From a virus, in the IMG/VR virus record IMGVR_UViG_3300029185_000006: 41,811 nt of DNA. One strand, written 5' to 3'. The notes beneath the pieces were generated by a model. The model saw only the letters and a program-made list of their open reading frames with translations. It had not been told where the DNA came from and ran no database searches. Positions 39,154 through 41,811 of the stretch are shown here, in pieces (position 1 is the stretch's first letter; each line of letters opens with the position of its first letter). Both the position numbers and the translations under genes were made by a program.

Positions 39154-39521
39154 TATGCCCACTCCTTAAATAATTCAAGTTCAATTTCTTGGTGCGAATC
39201 GTAAATAAACGGTTGTCCTGCATTTTTGTATTCAGTAGTAACATCGTTTTGAGTAACAGCAATCTTTGAGCCGGGAGAAATAGAATAATCAGGCGGCAAA
39301 AACAGCTTAATTATCTGCGCAACAGAATTAACCGAATCACTTTGAGCCGTAGGATTTGCCGTTTTAAAAGACAATCGGCAAGGCACATCTTTATATACAA
39401 TTTCATCATTAAATGAAGTTGTATGATTAGCATTAACAGTCTTTTTATGCTCAATCACCGTGCATTTGCCAATATATGTACTTTCAATAGCTTTTCTTAC
39501 CATTTGATTTTGCGAAAGCAT
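39153..39521 (-). CDS. Head closure / head-tail adaptor protein
   Basis: 122 aa. Position and size fit. RBS GGTGAGGGTGA. Confidence 0.6.
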   Translation of the reverse strand: MLSQNQMVRKAIESTYIGKCTVIEHKKTVNANHTTSFNDEIVYKDVPCRLSFKTANPTAQSDSVNSVAQIIKLFLPPDYSISPGSKIAVTQNDVTTEYKNAGQPFIYDSHQEIELELFKEWA

Positions 39522-39976
39522 ATCAATTCACCCTCACCTGTATTAAGTAAAGAAGAAACAATCGCATCAAAGCGCTGTTCATCAGTCATAGAACCCTCAC
39601 CTATGGCAAAGGTAACGTTTGTATCGCCTGTTTGAACTGATTTTACCGCTGTTTCCAAATCAATAGGTAAATCGTCCGACTGTCCTGTTGACTTTTGGTT
39701 ATACAAAACCTTACCTGCCACTCTTTCAATGACAATATGATTGAGTTCTTTAGGTATTGCTGAGATATTACAGAAATTTTTAATGTGGCTTACTACCTCA
39801 TTAATTGAAAAAGCAATAAGCCACACATTATTATCGTTTACGGTAAGCTTGTATCCCAACGTTTCAAGCCTTTTTAAGATAAGCAATATAAACTCATCGT
39901 CAAAGGCTGAATCGTTAAGAACGGCTGATATAGCCTTAATAAATGAACGAATTGTATCGGATACCTCGGTTGTCAT
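39497..39976 (-). CDS. Head-tail connector (gp6-like) protein
   Basis: 159 aa, the first gene after the major capsid gene. Function assigned by position only. Confidence 0.55.
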   Translation of the reverse strand: MTTEVSDTIRSFIKAISAVLNDSAFDDEFILLILKRLETLGYKLTVNDNNVWLIAFSINEVVSHIKNFCNISAIPKELNHIVIERVAGKVLYNQKSTGQSDDLPIDLETAVKSVQTGDTNVTFAIGEGSMTDEQRFDAIVSSLLNTGEGELICFRKIKW

Positions 39977-39990
39977 TTAACAACCCCCTC

Positions 39991-41091
39991 TTATCCCTTT
40001 GAGATAATTCTTGTAATAGCGATTGCCTTATCAGCAATAGCCTCAGTGCCGTCGTTAATAATGCACCAATTTGCACCGTTAGAAAGGTCATCGTTAGATG
40101 CCGAAGCTGTAAGAGATGCAGGCTTTTCAAATGAAATACCGTCAACACCGCAAATATAACGGTCACGGGTATAGAGTGTATCCTGACCGCCGTTTGTTTT
40201 AGGGTCACGGCTCATTTCATAAGGAACTGAATCGCCGATATCATCACAAATGATTGAGCCTAAGCCAAGAACATAAGAGGTATGCTTAGTATAAGCTTCA
40301 ACAGCCTTAATACCTTTGCTTTCATCAGCCTTAACAGCAGGAATATCCTCGGTAGGCATACCATCATCAACGAGTACCGCTCTGCCGTTCCAACTGCCGA
40401 GGGCAAGTTCTCTTGTAAGACCGTCCTTATCTGTATAAGTAAAATATTTAAGAAGTTGCAAGTTTTCAAGATTTGTAGCAATGGTACTGTCCATAATTAC
40501 AAGCTTGAAAATATCCTTATTGTCGCCACAAGCTTTCTGCATAGCCGAATTAAGAGTTTTAGCACCTACATAGGCATCCTCACCCTCATTAGCAGTAATA
40601 TCATATGTATGTTTGTCGATAAAGGTTTTAGCAGCTTTTGCTGCAACTGTTGAGCCTGATGTACTCATACTGTAAATACCTTTCAAGATTGCAAGAATGA
40701 TATCCTGCTTAACATCAAGCTTATAATCAGCAATCTGCTCAGCAACGTTATTCATAAAGTCAACACCGGCTGTAATGTTCTTACTGAAGCTTCTTTCTGT
40801 CCATCCGTCCATTCTTGAAGCAACGATAAAGCCCTGCTCAAAAGTAGTTGTATTGCTTGATACAATATCGGTTGCGCCTGTGTTATTCTGTGAGGTTTTG
40901 CCTGAAATAGTACCGTAATATGGTACTCTGCAATAAAGCGAGCCTGTCTGACTTGACAAAGCCTCTCTTGCCTGTTCGTTTGAGCCGATAGCGCCTGACT
41001 TAGCAAGCTCCTTTTTCTTTGGGTTTGGCACTCGTTCTACATACTTACCAAATGCCTGTGGATTAAATGATTTTGAATCAAATTTTGCCAT
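39991..41091 (-). CDS. Major capsid protein
   Basis: 366 aa directly downstream of the scaffold gene. Size and position are typical of HK97-fold capsid proteins in PBSX-like phages. Confidence 0.85.
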   Translation of the reverse strand: MAKFDSKSFNPQAFGKYVERVPNPKKKELAKSGAIGSNEQAREALSSQTGSLYCRVPYYGTISGKTSQNNTGATDIVSSNTTTFEQGFIVASRMDGWTERSFSKNITAGVDFMNNVAEQIADYKLDVKQDIILAILKGIYSMSTSGSTVAAKAAKTFIDKHTYDITANEGEDAYVGAKTLNSAMQKACGDNKDIFKLVIMDSTIATNLENLQLLKYFTYTDKDGLTRELALGSWNGRAVLVDDGMPTEDIPAVKADESKGIKAVEAYTKHTSYVLGLGSIICDDIGDSVPYEMSRDPKTNGGQDTLYTRDRYICGVDGISFEKPASLTASASNDDLSNGANWCIINDGTEAIADKAIAITRIISKG

Positions 41092-41112
41092 TTTTAATAA
41101 TTCCTTTCACAA

Positions 41113-41727
41113 TTAAATTTTTGCATCAGGATGTTGTTCAAGGTAAGCACACATTTCCGTATATGTCATTTTGGAGGTGTCTACCTTATGCTCACCGTCA
41201 TCGTCGCCTGATTCGCCGATTTGAGCACCTTTGATTTGTGTTTTTGAATCTGCAAACAAGAATTTTGTGTCATCGCTCTTAATAAGCTTTGAGATTTGTT
41301 CTTTAAGACCTTTGACCGTGCCGTCATCCGATAACTCTGCATCATCAAGATTAAGAAACGGCATAACAGCCTTAGCGTTCTTTGCTTTAGCCGAAACAAG
41401 AGCTGCCTCTACCGCCGAGCTGATTTTCAACTGCTTAATCTCGGTTTTATGAGCCTCTGCCGCATTCTTGTTTTCATCTTCAAGCTGTGCAATCTTTGTT
41501 TTAAGCCCCTCAACATCATCTGTTGAATTTTTAAGGTCTTTAAGTTGATTATCTCGGTCACCAAGCTGTGAAGTCAGATTTTCAACTTCTTTTTTTGCTG
41601 TGTCGAGGTCTGCTTGAATTTTGGTAACTTCACCTTTTGCCTTGCCGATGTCTTGACTGTTTTCGTCAAGTATCTTGTCAACCTGCTCTTTGGTAAGTCC
41701 CATTTCTTCCAAAAACTGTCTTTTCAT
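41113..41727 (-). CDS. Capsid scaffolding protein (GP20-like)
   Basis: Coiled-coil E/K/D-rich protein starting MKRQFLEEMGLTKEQVDKIL as in GP20-type scaffolds. ATG 41727 behind AAAGGAAG. The track's TTG 41733 was rejected. Confidence 0.8.
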   Translation of the reverse strand: MKRQFLEEMGLTKEQVDKILDENSQDIGKAKGEVTKIQADLDTAKKEVENLTSQLGDRDNQLKDLKNSTDDVEGLKTKIAQLEDENKNAAEAHKTEIKQLKISSAVEAALVSAKAKNAKAVMPFLNLDDAELSDDGTVKGLKEQISKLIKSDDTKFLFADSKTQIKGAQIGESGDDDGEHKVDTSKMTYTEMCAYLEQHPDAKI

Positions 41728-41811
41728 AATCAATCTTCCTTTCAGTTTGTTCTCGGTGTTTCTTTCACCATCAGAATTTTGAATTTTCGGCTTTTCTCGA
41801 CTTCCGACAGG
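41724..41811. repeat. Right copy of the 88-bp direct terminal repeat
   Basis: Read directly: identical to bases 1-88. Confidence 0.95.

Larger units (their letters stand above)
1..41811. mobile_element. Complete temperate myovirus-type phage genome (circularly closed contig) with a PBSX-like tail module and an integrase/attP lysogeny module
   Basis: Identical 88-bp ends. Full set of packaging, head, contractile tail, lysis, lysogeny, recombination and replication genes. No flanking bacterial housekeeping genes. Confidence 0.85.

Noticed and set aside
1-41811. Stop-codon reassignment, as seen in some gut phages.
   Set aside because: All structural and replication genes read as long uninterrupted ORFs in the standard code, with TAA, TGA and TAG used as terminators at expected gene ends.

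Overview
The window is a complete, gene-dense, AT-rich temperate phage genome. Bases 1-88 are identical to 41724-41811, so the contig closes on itself with about 41.7 kb of unique sequence. Almost all genes are on the minus strand. In transcription order (with wrap-around) they run: Cro-like switch gene, small early ORFs, Xis-like HTH, YqaJ exonuclease/DUF1351/RecT/HNH/SSB recombination block, replication initiator with internal iterons, RusA. Next come an SNF2 helicase, two DNA methyltransferases, a block of small accessory genes and an ArpU/sigma-like late regulator. The late genes follow: TerS/TerL, portal, MuF, scaffold, capsid, connectors, a PBSX-like contractile tail (sheath, tube, chaperone, tape measure, LysM, hub, baseplate, fibres), then holins and endolysin. 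The plus strand carries the lysogeny module (CI/LexA-like repressor, a membrane protein, tyrosine integrase) and one isolated moron. attP lies next to int: a core that looks like the 3' end of a tRNA-Pro gene, followed by a terminator and flanked by two 26-bp arm repeats. The most interesting findings are listed here.
- The capsid-internal MuF protein carries a C-terminal JAB/JAMM-like cargo domain, followed by a tiny overlapping ORF.
- Three ORF-less promoter-terminator units are candidate 55-76 nt sRNAs. All have a TGaTA-type extended -10 and all border the lysogeny module or attP.
- A 190-bp non-coding island with nested inverted repeats sits upstream of the SNF2 gene.
- The C5-methyltransferase has five tandem target-recognition-like repeats.
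- A repressor-linked membrane protein with a glycine zipper is a candidate exclusion or Abi gene.
- The tail chaperone has a clear A_AAA_AAC -1 frameshift site.
All family calls come from motif recognition by eye. No database search was run.
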